A stretch of 20,698 bases of DNA from Thermoproteota archaeon (GCA_037917625.1 JAVCBY010000043.1:1-20698), one strand, 5' to 3'. Counted from the first letter of the stretch, positions 1 to 8,535 are shown. A program made the numbers and translations. Notes: generated by a model not told the origin, from the letters alone.

Positions 1-723
1 TTCATCCCATGTCAAGCTAGGTTAGTCGTTCTATTGGCGATATCACTCGCAGCATTCCCCTCACCATTGATTCAAGCATCCTTAATGCTCTCAATCTACA
101 TCCTCGGTGCACTAATTTTCCTCTTATCATCTAAGCTCTTGAGGACGATTATGGGATGGAAGGAGCCTACGGAACTCCTCATGGAGCTCCCGCCTTATCA
201 TAGACCTAGCTTAAGGGTGATCTGGTGGTACTCTAAAGCCAATGTGATCCACTTCATGAAGAAAGCTGGATTAATAATACTCTTCATGGGCTCCCTGACA
301 TGGCTCATCCTCAATACGGGTCCGTCTGGATACGTTGAGGATCCCTCTAATAGCTTCGCTTTCATGCTAGGTAGTGCCTTAACGCCCATGCTGAGTTTAG
401 TGGGTTTAGGAGATTGGAGATATGCTTTAGCCCTTGAAGTAGGGTTCATCGCTAAAGAAGGACTACTATCAACCTTCTCCCAGCTATCTGGCTCACCTGA
501 TCCGGTAAGTGCGATTAAGTACGTGGGAATAACTCCTCTTAAAGGGATCTCACTCGCTCTAATAATGAGCTTCTACGTCCCATGCTTAGCTACTATGTCG
601 ACTATGCTATCGGAGTTGGGGAAGTTGAAGTATGTAGCTTTAGCTATAATACTGGAGCTCTCAGTATCATTCATCCTCGCCTTTATCTCATATAATTTGG
701 GCTTGGCCTTGGGGCTCGGCTGA
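1..723 (+). CDS. feoB: Ferrous iron transporter FeoB, C-terminal membrane part (5' partial)
   Basis: Frame is open from base 1 (FIPCQARL gate motif). It also contains LLMELPPYHRP, GFIAKE and FYVPCLAT, all FeoB signatures. Confidence 0.93.
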   Translation, partial: FIPCQARLVVLLAISLAAFPSPLIQASLMLSIYILGALIFLLSSKLLRTIMGWKEPTELLMELPPYHRPSLRVIWWYSKANVIHFMKKAGLIILFMGSLTWLILNTGPSGYVEDPSNSFAFMLGSALTPMLSLVGLGDWRYALALEVGFIAKEGLLSTFSQLSGSPDPVSAIKYVGITPLKGISLALIMSFYVPCLATMSTMLSELGKLKYVALAIILELSVSFILAFISYNLGLALGLG

Positions 724-757
724 GCGTGTTCGCGACATATAAGTTAAAAATTTTGAG

Positions 758-770
758 GAGAAAATTATAT
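758..770 (+). promoter_or_regulatory. BRE/TATA for a probably leaderless Lrp transcript
   Basis: GAGAAAA-TTATAT ends about 22 nt before ATG 793, and no SD is present. Confidence 0.5.
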
Positions 771-792
771 CGCTTACCCTCTATAACTGACG

Positions 793-1290
793 ATGGACGG
801 CTTAGATATCAGCATACTTAGTGAGCTCGTCAAGGACGGTAGGATAACTGTTAGCGATCTGGCGAAGAAATTAGGAGTTCCTAGGACGACTCTGGATTCT
901 AGGGTGAGGAAATTAGTTGAATCAGGGATAATAAAGAGGTTTACGGCTCTCATAGATTACAAGAAGATCGGGTATCAGATCACAGCATTCGTGCTAGTTC
1001 AAATAAAGAGGAGGAAGCCAGAGCAGGAAAAATCCAATCAAGAGATATTCATAGAGGAGATTGCGAGGGAATCCGAGAGGAGGGAAGATCTCCCTTGGAT
1101 AGAGGAAGCTCATATAATAACGGGGGATTATGATGTGCTGCTTAAAGTGAGAGCGAGGGACATGGATGAGCTAACTAAGTTCTTGATAACCGAGCTAGCT
1201 AGACATCCCGATGTCGAGAGGACTCACACTATGATGGTCCTAAGGAGCCCATATTCAAGCGTCGCTCCCCTTGAGAAATTCTCCCCTTGA
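793..1290 (+). CDS. Lrp/AsnC family transcriptional regulator
   Basis: N-terminal HTH (LDISILSELVKDGRITVSDLAKKLG...RVRKLVESGIIKRFTALIDY) and RAM domain (AHIITGDYDVLLKV). Confidence 0.93.
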   Translation: MDGLDISILSELVKDGRITVSDLAKKLGVPRTTLDSRVRKLVESGIIKRFTALIDYKKIGYQITAFVLVQIKRRKPEQEKSNQEIFIEEIARESERREDLPWIEEAHIITGDYDVLLKVRARDMDELTKFLITELARHPDVERTHTMMVLRSPYSSVAPLEKFSP

Positions 1291-1975
1291 GATATCTTAC
1301 CATGGGTATCTCCCTCTCGATATCCTCAGTTATCAGCTCCCAGAGGATCTTAGGGTTCCCGAACCTCCCCGTCCTCATGACACTGGAGGGCGTAACTATG
1401 AGATACACTGGCATGTCCTGAGGTTCCATCGGGACCCTCTCGACTATCTGAAGATCGTGGACAGTGGTAGCTACTGGCGTCCTCCCATCTATAGCTCCCA
1501 TCTCCCCTAGTATCCCGTACTCCAGATCCGAGTAACCGTGACCCTTCCCAACTCTCCCTCCCTCCTTATCGACAGCTACTGAACCAGTGACCTTCAGATC
1601 TATCTTAGGGACCTCTAAGACCTTCTTCCCGTATTTGAAAGCCCCAGCTATCGTAGATGCTTCTGAGTACCTAGCGATCGGTATCCTCTTAGGATCGAGG
1701 AGGAGGAATCCCTCCCTCAACCTGGGGGTCGCCATTATCACTAGCTTACCCTGAAGTAAGCCCAGATATCTAACATATCTCTGAGGAGAATCAGGGTTCA
1801 CGAAGATAACGTTAGCTTCCTTCCATTCCTCCTGTCCACTCAACCTCTCAGCTGCTTCCTCAGCCCCTAAGAAGTTAGGTATCCTGCCCGATATGGGCTT
1901 CGGGAACCTTGCAATACCTCTCTCCTCCAACAGCTTCCAGATGTATGCCCTTATCCTCTCCTTCTCCTCCTTCAT
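1229..1975 (-). CDS. 5-formyltetrahydrofolate cyclo-ligase family protein (COG0212/MTHFSD-like paralog)
   Basis: Motifs RIPNFxGAEEAA, NPDSPQ, TPRLREGF, GSVAVD, GKGHGYSDLEY and TTVHDLQ. Confidence 0.9.
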   Translation of the reverse strand: MKEEKERIRAYIWKLLEERGIARFPKPISGRIPNFLGAEEAAERLSGQEEWKEANVIFVNPDSPQRYVRYLGLLQGKLVIMATPRLREGFLLLDPKRIPIARYSEASTIAGAFKYGKKVLEVPKIDLKVTGSVAVDKEGGRVGKGHGYSDLEYGILGEMGAIDGRTPVATTVHDLQIVERVPMEPQDMPVYLIVTPSSVMRTGRFGNPKILWELITEDIEREIPMVRYLKGRISQGERRLNMGSLGPS

Positions 1976-1993
1976 CCCTCAGATACTCCCAGC

Positions 1994-2005
1994 TAAAAAT
2001 TAAAA
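1994..2005. promoter_or_regulatory. Probable bidirectional TATA region of the divergent gene pair
   Basis: TAAAAATTAAAA lies centrally in the 52-nt gap between starts 1975(-) and 2028(+). Confidence 0.45.
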
Positions 2006-2027
2006 GATCGATCTGATTAACTCTTCG

Positions 2028-2333
2028 GTGCTCAAGTTGAGCTTCAGGGAGAGGATAATTGAGCTCCTCATGACTTCATCCGAGCCCCTTTCCGTCAATG
2101 AGATAGCTAGAAGCTTGGAGATAGATCCGAGCCAATCATGGGAGATATACGATCATCTAGAGCATGTAGCGAGGACTGTGAGGGCTAAATACGGTAAGGT
2201 ACTCTTGATGGATCCACCATACTGTAAGAAGTGCGGTTACATATTCAAAGATCTCAAGAAGCCTAAGAAACCTAGCAGATGTCCGAGGTGCGGGAGTGAG
2301 TGGATAGAGCCTCCTAGGTTCATAATCAAGTGA
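2028..2333 (+). CDS. Winged-HTH plus Zn-ribbon predicted regulator (PF0610/COG3357-like)
   Basis: RERIIELL...IYDHLEHVART HTH, then PPYCKKCGY...PSRCPRCGSEWIEPP with two CxxC. Confidence 0.88.
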   Translation: MLKLSFRERIIELLMTSSEPLSVNEIARSLEIDPSQSWEIYDHLEHVARTVRAKYGKVLLMDPPYCKKCGYIFKDLKKPKKPSRCPRCGSEWIEPPRFIIK

Positions 2334-3531
2334 GCAGATCAACTATAGTGTCCCTCATCTTCAAAATTATATCCTCTCTGACGTTCTCCAGCTCTCCGTG
2401 GGCGTTACTCTCGATCTCTATAGTGCCCAATGAGACAGTTGGAATCCCCCTCCTCGCGAACACGAAACCATCATTCCCCCCTAGGGATCCAGCTATGGTT
2501 CTAGATCCGAAGTACTTCTCATAACTCGCTAGGACTTCCTTAACGAAATCGTCATCAGGATCTGTCATCCACCCGGGATTAGCCGTATCCTTTATCCTCA
2601 ACTCAACATCAGCCCCTATCTTGCAAGAAGCAGCACTGAGTGCTGCTCTGAACCTCTCTATCACTTCCCCCTTGTCCTCATCCGGTATGAACCTTATGTC
2701 GAAGCCTATAATGGCCTCGCTCGGGATGACGTTGTGCTGAGTCCCCGCTTCAACCTTAGTTATGCTGAACCTACCCCAGAGCTTCGGGACGGGGGAGCCA
2801 GGGGGAGAGGGTATCTTAGATAGCTTCATAGCATGCATTTGAGAGAATCCCGTCAATAACTCATCTGCTAGCTTTATAGCCATGTTAACAGGGTTTAGGG
2901 CTGAGAAAGGCCTCCCAGCGTGCCCGCCCTTTCCCTTAACTATTATATCTCCATGTATGACCCCGCTAGCCCCTATCCCAACGAAGTCAGGGGCAGCATC
3001 TATCACTATGACGGCATCTGGTCGTATCCCAACTTCATCAAGCCCCCTATCAGCCAAAGCAGTGACTCCAGTCCCTCCAACTTCCTCATCACCGACTACA
3101 GCTACTATCGGGTTGTATCTAGCCTCCCCTCTCTCGATGACGATCTGGCAAGCTGAGAGGCTTAGGGCTATAGCTGACTTATCATCAGCTGCCCCCCTAC
3201 CATAGATCCTACCATCAATCCTCTTAGGATCGAAAGGATCGAACTCCATTCCATTGATCCTCCAGGGGCCCTTCGCCGGGACTACATCATAATGGGAGAG
3301 TAGAAGCAAATTCTTTTCAGCTCCTAGGTCTTTCCAAGCTATTAAATTGGGCAAATCTCCTCTTTCATCTCTAAAAACCTGAATATGAGTTCTCATTCCT
3401 ATTGATTCGGCTCTATCCCTTATCAAACTAACTATTTCTCGGTAGTTTCTTCTCTCAGATGCGTTAGTATCTATCCTGACGAGATCCATTAGGAAGAGTA
3501 GCATATCCTCATCTTCAGAGAGGCTGAGCAT
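2326..3531 (-). CDS. M20 family metallopeptidase/deacylase (ArgE/DapE-like)
   Basis: SHYDVVP, GRGAADDK, DEEVG, GKGGHAG, NVIP, DIRFIP and AHGELE motifs. Confidence 0.9.
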   Translation of the reverse strand: MLSLSEDEDMLLFLMDLVRIDTNASERRNYREIVSLIRDRAESIGMRTHIQVFRDERGDLPNLIAWKDLGAEKNLLLLSHYDVVPAKGPWRINGMEFDPFDPKRIDGRIYGRGAADDKSAIALSLSACQIVIERGEARYNPIVAVVGDEEVGGTGVTALADRGLDEVGIRPDAVIVIDAAPDFVGIGASGVIHGDIIVKGKGGHAGRPFSALNPVNMAIKLADELLTGFSQMHAMKLSKIPSPPGSPVPKLWGRFSITKVEAGTQHNVIPSEAIIGFDIRFIPDEDKGEVIERFRAALSAASCKIGADVELRIKDTANPGWMTDPDDDFVKEVLASYEKYFGSRTIAGSLGGNDGFVFARRGIPTVSLGTIEIESNAHGELENVREDIILKMRDTIVDLLT

Positions 3532-3550
3532 ATCCCGAATAACATAACCA

Positions 3551-3558
3551 CTTTAATA
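3551..3558 (-). promoter_or_regulatory. TATA box of the M20 peptidase gene
   Basis: Minus-strand TATTAAAG about 20 nt before ATG 3531. Confidence 0.45.
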
Positions 3559-3768
3559 GGATTTCCATGGGGAATTCAGGAGCGACATCTCTTAGCCCAT
3601 CCTCACGACCACGGGAAATTTACACATCTAACTCACTCTTATCTTTCTAGCCCGGCTTTCTTAGTCTTTATACGCTTTCTGGAAGCTCCTCATTGATCTC
3701 TGAGGAATACCTCGAGACGATAGCTCCACCGGAAGAGCTGATGCAGTGAGCTAGAGGCACACTCAGTC

Positions 3769-3779
3769 AAATTTTTAAC
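3769..3779 (+). promoter_or_regulatory. TATA box for adk
   Basis: AAATTTTTAAC about 30 nt upstream of TTG 3810, with a GGTG SD at 3800-3803. Confidence 0.5.
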
Positions 3780-3809
3780 ATTCAACTCTCGGCTGGTGCG
3801 GTGTGACCC

Positions 3810-4454
3810 TTGAGGATAGTGTTACTTGGTAAGCCTGGCGCTGGGAAGGGGACTCAGGGCGAGTTTCTATCGAAGGAGCTCAAAATTCCGAGGATAGTGA
3901 TGAGCGATCTGCTCAAGAGGGAAGTGGAGTCAGGATCAGAGCTAGGGATGCTTATAAAGGGGTACATGAGCGAGGGGAAGCTCGTCCCAGATGAAGTGGT
4001 CTATAAGGTCCTGGAGAGGGGAATAGGGGGCTTGAGAGATTTCATCCTAGACGGTTTCCCTAGAAACTTGAAGCAAGCTGAGTGGTTAGATTCATTCCTC
4101 TCATCGAGAAATATGGAGCTCGATGCCGTCCTCTACTTCGATGTGAGCGATCTCATAGTGCTGAGGAGGATGATGGGAAGGCTTGTCTGTGAGAGATGCG
4201 GTAAAACTTATAACATATTCTACGATCCTCCCGAGGACATAAGGAAGTGCTCCTGCGGGGGGAGGCTCTATCAGAGGGTCGATGATTGTTACGATAAGAT
4301 ACTGAGGAGGCTCGATGTATTCAGGGAGGAGACCGAGCCGCTCCTTGAGTACTATAAGAAGAGAGGGAAATTAGTATCGATAGATGCATCAGGTGGGATA
4401 GAGGATGTGAGGGAGGAGATGATCTCCATCCTTAAATCACTCGAGCGTGATTGA
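3810..4454 (+). CDS. adk: Adenylate kinase, bacterial-type long form with Zn-LID
   Basis: GKPGAGKGTQ P-loop, GKLVPDE, LDGFPRNLKQAE, LID CERC-x16-CSC, QRVDD. TTG start. Confidence 0.92.
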   Translation: MRIVLLGKPGAGKGTQGEFLSKELKIPRIVMSDLLKREVESGSELGMLIKGYMSEGKLVPDEVVYKVLERGIGGLRDFILDGFPRNLKQAEWLDSFLSSRNMELDAVLYFDVSDLIVLRRMMGRLVCERCGKTYNIFYDPPEDIRKCSCGGRLYQRVDDCYDKILRRLDVFREETEPLLEYYKKRGKLVSIDASGGIEDVREEMISILKSLERD

Positions 4455-4465
4455 GTTAGCGTAAC

Positions 4466-4493
4466 GTGGTCGGGGGACTCGGATCACATTTTT
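4466..4493 (+). terminator. Hairpin plus T-run after adk, overlapping the rpl14p TATA
   Basis: GTGGTC-GGG GGA CTCG-GATCAC stem-loop followed by ATTTTT. Confidence 0.35.
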
Positions 4494-4496
4494 AAA
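4489..4496 (+). promoter_or_regulatory. TATA box of the spc-type r-protein operon
   Basis: TTTTTAAA about 32 nt before ATG 4528, with a GAGGAGGG SD. Confidence 0.55.
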
Positions 4497-4527
4497 TCAT
4501 AGCTCTCGCTAGCTCTGAGGAGGGTCT

Positions 4528-4953
4528 ATGTCAAAGGTAGCGAGGAGGAGGAAAGTAGAGGGTGTAAAACCCAAGATAACGCATGGTCTTCCCGTAAGGG
4601 CCAGGCTGAAGTGCGCAGATAATACTGGTGCGAAGTTACTCATGATAATAGGTGTTCATGGCCATAAGGGGAGGAAGGACAGAGTGCCTACTGCGAGCGT
4701 CGGTGATATGGTGACTGTAGTCGTGAAGAGGGGGAAGTACGATCTCATGCACAAACCGTTCAAAGCTATAGTCGTGAGGCAGAGGATGCCTTATAGGAGG
4801 AAGAACGGACAGTGGGTGGTCTTCGAGGATAATGCTGCTGTGTTGGTCAATGACGACGGCACACCGAGGGGATCGGAGTTCAGGGGTCCTATAGCTAAGG
4901 AGGCTATTGAGAGATGGCCCAGCTTGAGCGTTATCTCAGCGCAAGTCGTCTGA
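4528..4953 (+). CDS. rpl14p: 50S ribosomal protein uL14
   Basis: [28 protein letters not shown] and GPIAKEA motifs. Confidence 0.97.
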   Translation: MSKVARRRKVEGVKPKITHGLPVRARLKCADNTGAKLLMIIGVHGHKGRKDRVPTASVGDMVTVVVKRGKYDLMHKPFKAIVVRQRMPYRRKNGQWVVFEDNAAVLVNDDGTPRGSEFRGPIAKEAIERWPSLSVISAQVV

Positions 4954-4962
4954 GGTGATTTC

Positions 4963-5358
4963 ATGCGGACAAAGTCGCATAAGCCGAGTAAGCAGAGGAA
5001 GTATCTTTACAATGCTCCAATTCATCACAGGGGGAAGATAATGTCAGCCCCGCTCTCAGAGGAGCTGAAGAGCAAGTACGGGATAAACTCGATCCCCATC
5101 AGGAGGGGAGATAGAGTTAGAGTGATGAGAGGGGATTACAGAGGTACTGAGGGCGAGGTCATATCAGTAGATAGAAAGAGGTACAGGATCGCTGTGAAGG
5201 GGATAGTGAGGAGGAAGGCAGATGGGACTGAAGTACCGGTACCCATACATCCCTCTAAGGTGGTCATAACTAAGCTCTATCTCAAGGATGAGGCGAGGAA
5301 GAGGTTATTAGAGAGGAAAGGGGTAAGGGCAGAGGAAATAGTTGAGGAGAGTGAGTGA
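4963..5358 (+). CDS. rpl24p: 50S ribosomal protein uL24
   Basis: [13 protein letters not shown] motif [23 protein letters not shown]. Confidence 0.97.
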   Translation: MRTKSHKPSKQRKYLYNAPIHHRGKIMSAPLSEELKSKYGINSIPIRRGDRVRVMRGDYRGTEGEVISVDRKRYRIAVKGIVRRKADGTEVPVPIHPSKVVITKLYLKDEARKRLLERKGVRAEEIVEESE

Positions 5359-5359
5359 A

Positions 5360-6067
5360 ATGGGAAAGATGGGCGGATCTAGGCATTTGAAGAGCCTAGC
5401 AGCTCCTGGATATTATCCGATAGCGAAGAGGGAGAGGGTATGGGTAGTCAAGCCGAGCCCAGGGCCTCACGCGATAGATGAAGGGATCCCCCTCCTCCTG
5501 ATAGTCAGGGATGTGCTGAAGTTAGCGACTACAGCTAGAGAGGCTAAGAGGATCATAAGCATGAAGAAGATACTAGTGGATGGGAAGCCGAGGTATGATT
5601 ACAAGTTCCAAGTAGGACTGATGGACGTGATATCCATCCCAGAGATCGGTGTGAACTACAGGATGGTCCCAGACCCTCATAGGTTTTTGAGGCTCATCGA
5701 GATACCCCAATCCGAGAGCGGGATGAAGTTAGTGAAGGTTATAGGGAAGAGGACGATAAGGGGAGGAAGGATACAACTGACCTCTCACGATGGTAGGAAC
5801 TTCCTCCTAGATGGGAGGGATGTAAAGCCTGGAGATTCTCTGCTAATAGAGATCCCCTCTCAGAGAGTGATGGATCATCTGAGGTTCGATATAGGCTCCT
5901 CAGTGCTCGTGACTAAGGGTAGGATGGCTGGTCGAATCGGCAGGGTTGAGGGGATAGGGGCGATAATAGAGATGAGGGATCTGGAGAATCCTGAGCTCTC
6001 CTATAGGGGGGTAAAGGAGAATCTGATGGTTGTAGGTAAGGAGAAACCATTGCTCAAACTGAGGTGA
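5360..6067 (+). CDS. rps4e: 30S ribosomal protein eS4 (S4e)
   Basis: MGKMGGSRHLK, PSPGPH, VDGKPR..VGLMDVI, HDGRN. Start moved to ATG 5360, just after the rpl24p stop. Confidence 0.96.
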   Translation: MGKMGGSRHLKSLAAPGYYPIAKRERVWVVKPSPGPHAIDEGIPLLLIVRDVLKLATTAREAKRIISMKKILVDGKPRYDYKFQVGLMDVISIPEIGVNYRMVPDPHRFLRLIEIPQSESGMKLVKVIGKRTIRGGRIQLTSHDGRNFLLDGRDVKPGDSLLIEIPSQRVMDHLRFDIGSSVLVTKGRMAGRIGRVEGIGAIIEMRDLENPELSYRGVKENLMVVGKEKPLLKLR

Positions 6068-6071
6068 TGGG

Positions 6072-6629
6072 ATGGAGGACCTGAGGGAGGAGATATTGAG
6101 GAGGTGGGAGAGCAACCCTATGCTGATACCTAGGGTCATGGCTGTGACCCTCAACATAGCCGTTGGGAGGAGCGGGGAAGTATTAACGAGAGCTGGAAAA
6201 GTTTTAGAAGAATTAACTGGCCAGAAACCAGTAGAGAGGAGGGCTAAGAGGACGATAAGGGAGTTTGGAATAAGGAAGAAGGAACCTATAGCTGTCTCAG
6301 TGACTGTAAGAGGTAAGAAGGCAGTTGAGCTCCTCGATAGAGTTGCTGAAGCAGTGGGGAGGAGGGTGAAAGCGAGTTCATTCGATGAGCTAGGGAATTT
6401 TGCATTCGGGATAAAGGAGCACATAGATATACCTGGAGTGAAGTACAAGGCTGAGATAGGGATATTCGGGATGGACGTCATAGTTTCCATCGGGAGAGCT
6501 GGTTATAGGATAGCTAGGAGGAGGATGGAGAGGAGAAGGGTTCCACTGAGGCACAGGGTAAGCAAGGCTGAGTCGATGTTATTCGTTGAGAAGTACTTAA
6601 ATCTGAAGGTAGTGCATGAGGAAGAGTAG
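6072..6629 (+). CDS. rpl5p: 50S ribosomal protein uL5
   Basis: NPM..P, LTGQKPV, FDELGNFAFGIKEHIDIPG, GIFGMDV. Confidence 0.97.
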   Translation: MEDLREEILRRWESNPMLIPRVMAVTLNIAVGRSGEVLTRAGKVLEELTGQKPVERRAKRTIREFGIRKKEPIAVSVTVRGKKAVELLDRVAEAVGRRVKASSFDELGNFAFGIKEHIDIPGVKYKAEIGIFGMDVIVSIGRAGYRIARRRMERRRVPLRHRVSKAESMLFVEKYLNLKVVHEEE

Positions 6630-6638
6630 GTGATGGAA

Positions 6639-6803
6639 ATGGCGAAGCCGAAGAAGAAGGTCAGGACTAAGGGTAAGGGCGCTTATGTATGTAGGAGGTG
6701 TGGGAGAGTAGGATACGGTATAATCAGGAAGTATGGCCTCTACTTATGCAGGAGCTGCTTCCTCGAAGTTGCTCCCCTAATGGGTTGGAAGAAGTACGAG
6801 TAG
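6639..6803 (+). CDS. rps14p: 30S ribosomal protein uS14 (Zn-binding), absent from the ORF track
   Basis: Manual translation gives [54 protein letters not shown]. It has two CxxC, a GGTGA SD and the canonical position between uL5 and uS8. Confidence 0.96.
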   Translation: MAKPKKKVRTKGKGAYVCRRCGRVGYGIIRKYGLYLCRSCFLEVAPLMGWKKYE

Positions 6804-6812
6804 GTGATGCTC

Positions 6813-7205
6813 ATGACGAGACTGGATCCCCTAGCTGATGCTATGAGCGCGCTCACGAACGGTTCAATGCTCGGCAAGAGGGAGGTTGTGATAAACATAG
6901 CTTCGAAACTCATAGGGAAAGTCCTCAAGGTATTGAAGGAGCACGGCTACATAGATGAGTTCGAGTACGTTGATGACGGTAGGTTCGGTAAGTACGTGGT
7001 CAAGCTGAACGGTAGGATAAACAAGGCTGGTGTGATAAAACCGAGATTCCCCGTGAGGGTGAGCGAATTTTCGAGGTGGGAGAAGATATACCTTCCAGCT
7101 GAGAACGTGGGCCTCATAATAGTTTCAACGAATCAAGGAATCATGACTCATAGGGAGGCGAAGGAGAGAGGGATAGGGGGAGTGCTGATAGCTTATTGTT
7201 ACTGA
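6813..7205 (+). CDS. rps8p: 30S ribosomal protein uS8
   Basis: [40 protein letters not shown]. Start set at ATG 6813 by SD spacing. Confidence 0.97.
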   Translation: MTRLDPLADAMSALTNGSMLGKREVVINIASKLIGKVLKVLKEHGYIDEFEYVDDGRFGKYVVKLNGRINKAGVIKPRFPVRVSEFSRWEKIYLPAENVGLIIVSTNQGIMTHREAKERGIGGVLIAYCY

Positions 7206-7215
7206 GGTGATCTGG

Positions 7216-7764
7216 ATGAGGTATCCAAAGGTGATAACACTAGCCCTAGAGTCCGAGGTTCCCATACCCGAGAGAGTCAAGGTGGAAGTGGATGGGAGCA
7301 AGATAAGGGTCTCCGGTCCGAAAGGAACGCTTGAGAGGGAGTTCCACAGCGAGTTAATCGAGCTCTCCATTGAGGATGGGAAAGTCAAGGTGAGGACGTA
7401 CGGGAAGAGGAAATTCAACAAGGCTTATCTCGGCACTGTGATAGCTCACATAAGGAACATGATGAGGGGAGTCACTGAGGGCTTCAGGAAGGAGATGGTG
7501 ATAGTCTACGCTCACTTCCCGATAAAAGTCGAAGTGGATGAGAAAAAGAAGATAGTGAAGATATCGAACTTCCTAGGGGAGAAGCTGCCGAGGTACGCGA
7601 GTATAGTCGGGGATACTAAAGTCAGAGTTGAGGGTGATAGGATATACATAGAGGGTATCTCTAAGGAGGATGTAGGGCAAACTGCAGCTAATATAAGGCT
7701 CGCGACCAAGATAAAGAAGAAGGATCCGAGGGTCTTCATGGATGGTATCTACGTGGTGAGGTAA
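7216..7764 (+). CDS. rpl6p: 50S ribosomal protein uL6
   Basis: VSGPKG, AHIRNMMRGVTEGF, YAHFPI, NFLGEK, DPRVFMDGIYV. Start set at ATG 7216 by SD spacing. Confidence 0.97.
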   Translation: MRYPKVITLALESEVPIPERVKVEVDGSKIRVSGPKGTLEREFHSELIELSIEDGKVKVRTYGKRKFNKAYLGTVIAHIRNMMRGVTEGFRKEMVIVYAHFPIKVEVDEKKKIVKISNFLGEKLPRYASIVGDTKVRVEGDRIYIEGISKEDVGQTAANIRLATKIKKKDPRVFMDGIYVVR

Positions 7765-7765
7765 G

Positions 7766-8122
7766 ATGAAGGAGATGCTCAAGCTCAAGAAGAAGAAACC
7801 TAGATTCCTCAATCTAGCGCTTTATCAGAAGTTAGGCGCTACTAAGAGCTGGAGGAGGCCCAGGGGGATAGATAATAAGCAGAGGCTGAAGTTGAAGAGC
7901 AGGCCGAAGCAACCCAACATAGGTTACAAGAACCCGGATGAGATAAGGGGGCTCCACCCATCCGGTAGGAAAGTAGCTATAGTCCATAACTTGGAGGAAC
8001 TGAGGAGACTATCGAGCGAGAGGGAGAGCGTTATAGTTTACATAGCTCATACCGTGGGTGAGAGGAAGAGGAGCATCATTAGGGAGGAGGCATCAAAATT
8101 AGGTTTGAAGCTAGCTAATTAA
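7766..8122 (+). CDS. rpl32e: 50S ribosomal protein eL32
   Basis: KKPRF, WRRPRGIDNKQR, PNIGY, RGLHPSG. Confidence 0.96.
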   Translation: MKEMLKLKKKKPRFLNLALYQKLGATKSWRRPRGIDNKQRLKLKSRPKQPNIGYKNPDEIRGLHPSGRKVAIVHNLEELRRLSSERESVIVYIAHTVGERKRSIIREEASKLGLKLAN

Positions 8123-8133
8123 GGGGTGTCTAT

Positions 8134-8535
8134 ATGGATCTCGAGTATCAGAAGAGGCTCGCTGCTAAAGTAGCAGGTGTGGGATTGGATAGAGTGAGGA
8201 TAAATCCTGAGAAGATAGATCTAGTCTCTGAGGCCGTGACTAGAGCTGATATAAAGAGGCTCATAAGGTCGGGGGCTATAGAGATACTTCAGAAGAGGGG
8301 CATAAGCAGGGCGAGGAAGAAGCCCAGGAGGAAGGGTCCTGGTAGCAAGAAGGGCGCTAAGTACTCAAAGCTACCTAGGAAGAGGAGGTGGATTAGGAAG
8401 ATAAGGGCATTGAGGAGAGAGCTGAGGAGGATGAAGGAGCAGGGATTGATAGATTCTAAGGAATACAGGGAACTATATGCTAAACTATCGAATTTCAACA
8501 GCGTCTCGCAGCTCAGATCTCATGTAGGGAGGTGA
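8134..8535 (+). CDS. rpl19e: 50S ribosomal protein eL19
   Basis: QKRLAA, RVRINP, AVTRADIKRLI, GPGSKKG, WIRKIRALR. Confidence 0.96.
   Translation: MDLEYQKRLAAKVAGVGLDRVRINPEKIDLVSEAVTRADIKRLIRSGAIEILQKRGISRARKKPRRKGPGSKKGAKYSKLPRKRRWIRKIRALRRELRRMKEQGLIDSKEYRELYAKLSNFNSVSQLRSHVGR

Noticed and set aside
5900-6490. 196-aa minus-strand ORF and other antisense/alternate-frame ORFs (e.g. 10048-10485, 13092-13412, 16940-17275, 19963-20301, 20350-20661)
   Set aside because: They are shadows of well-supported genes, with Ser/Leu/Pro-rich composition typical of antisense frames and no recognisable motifs.
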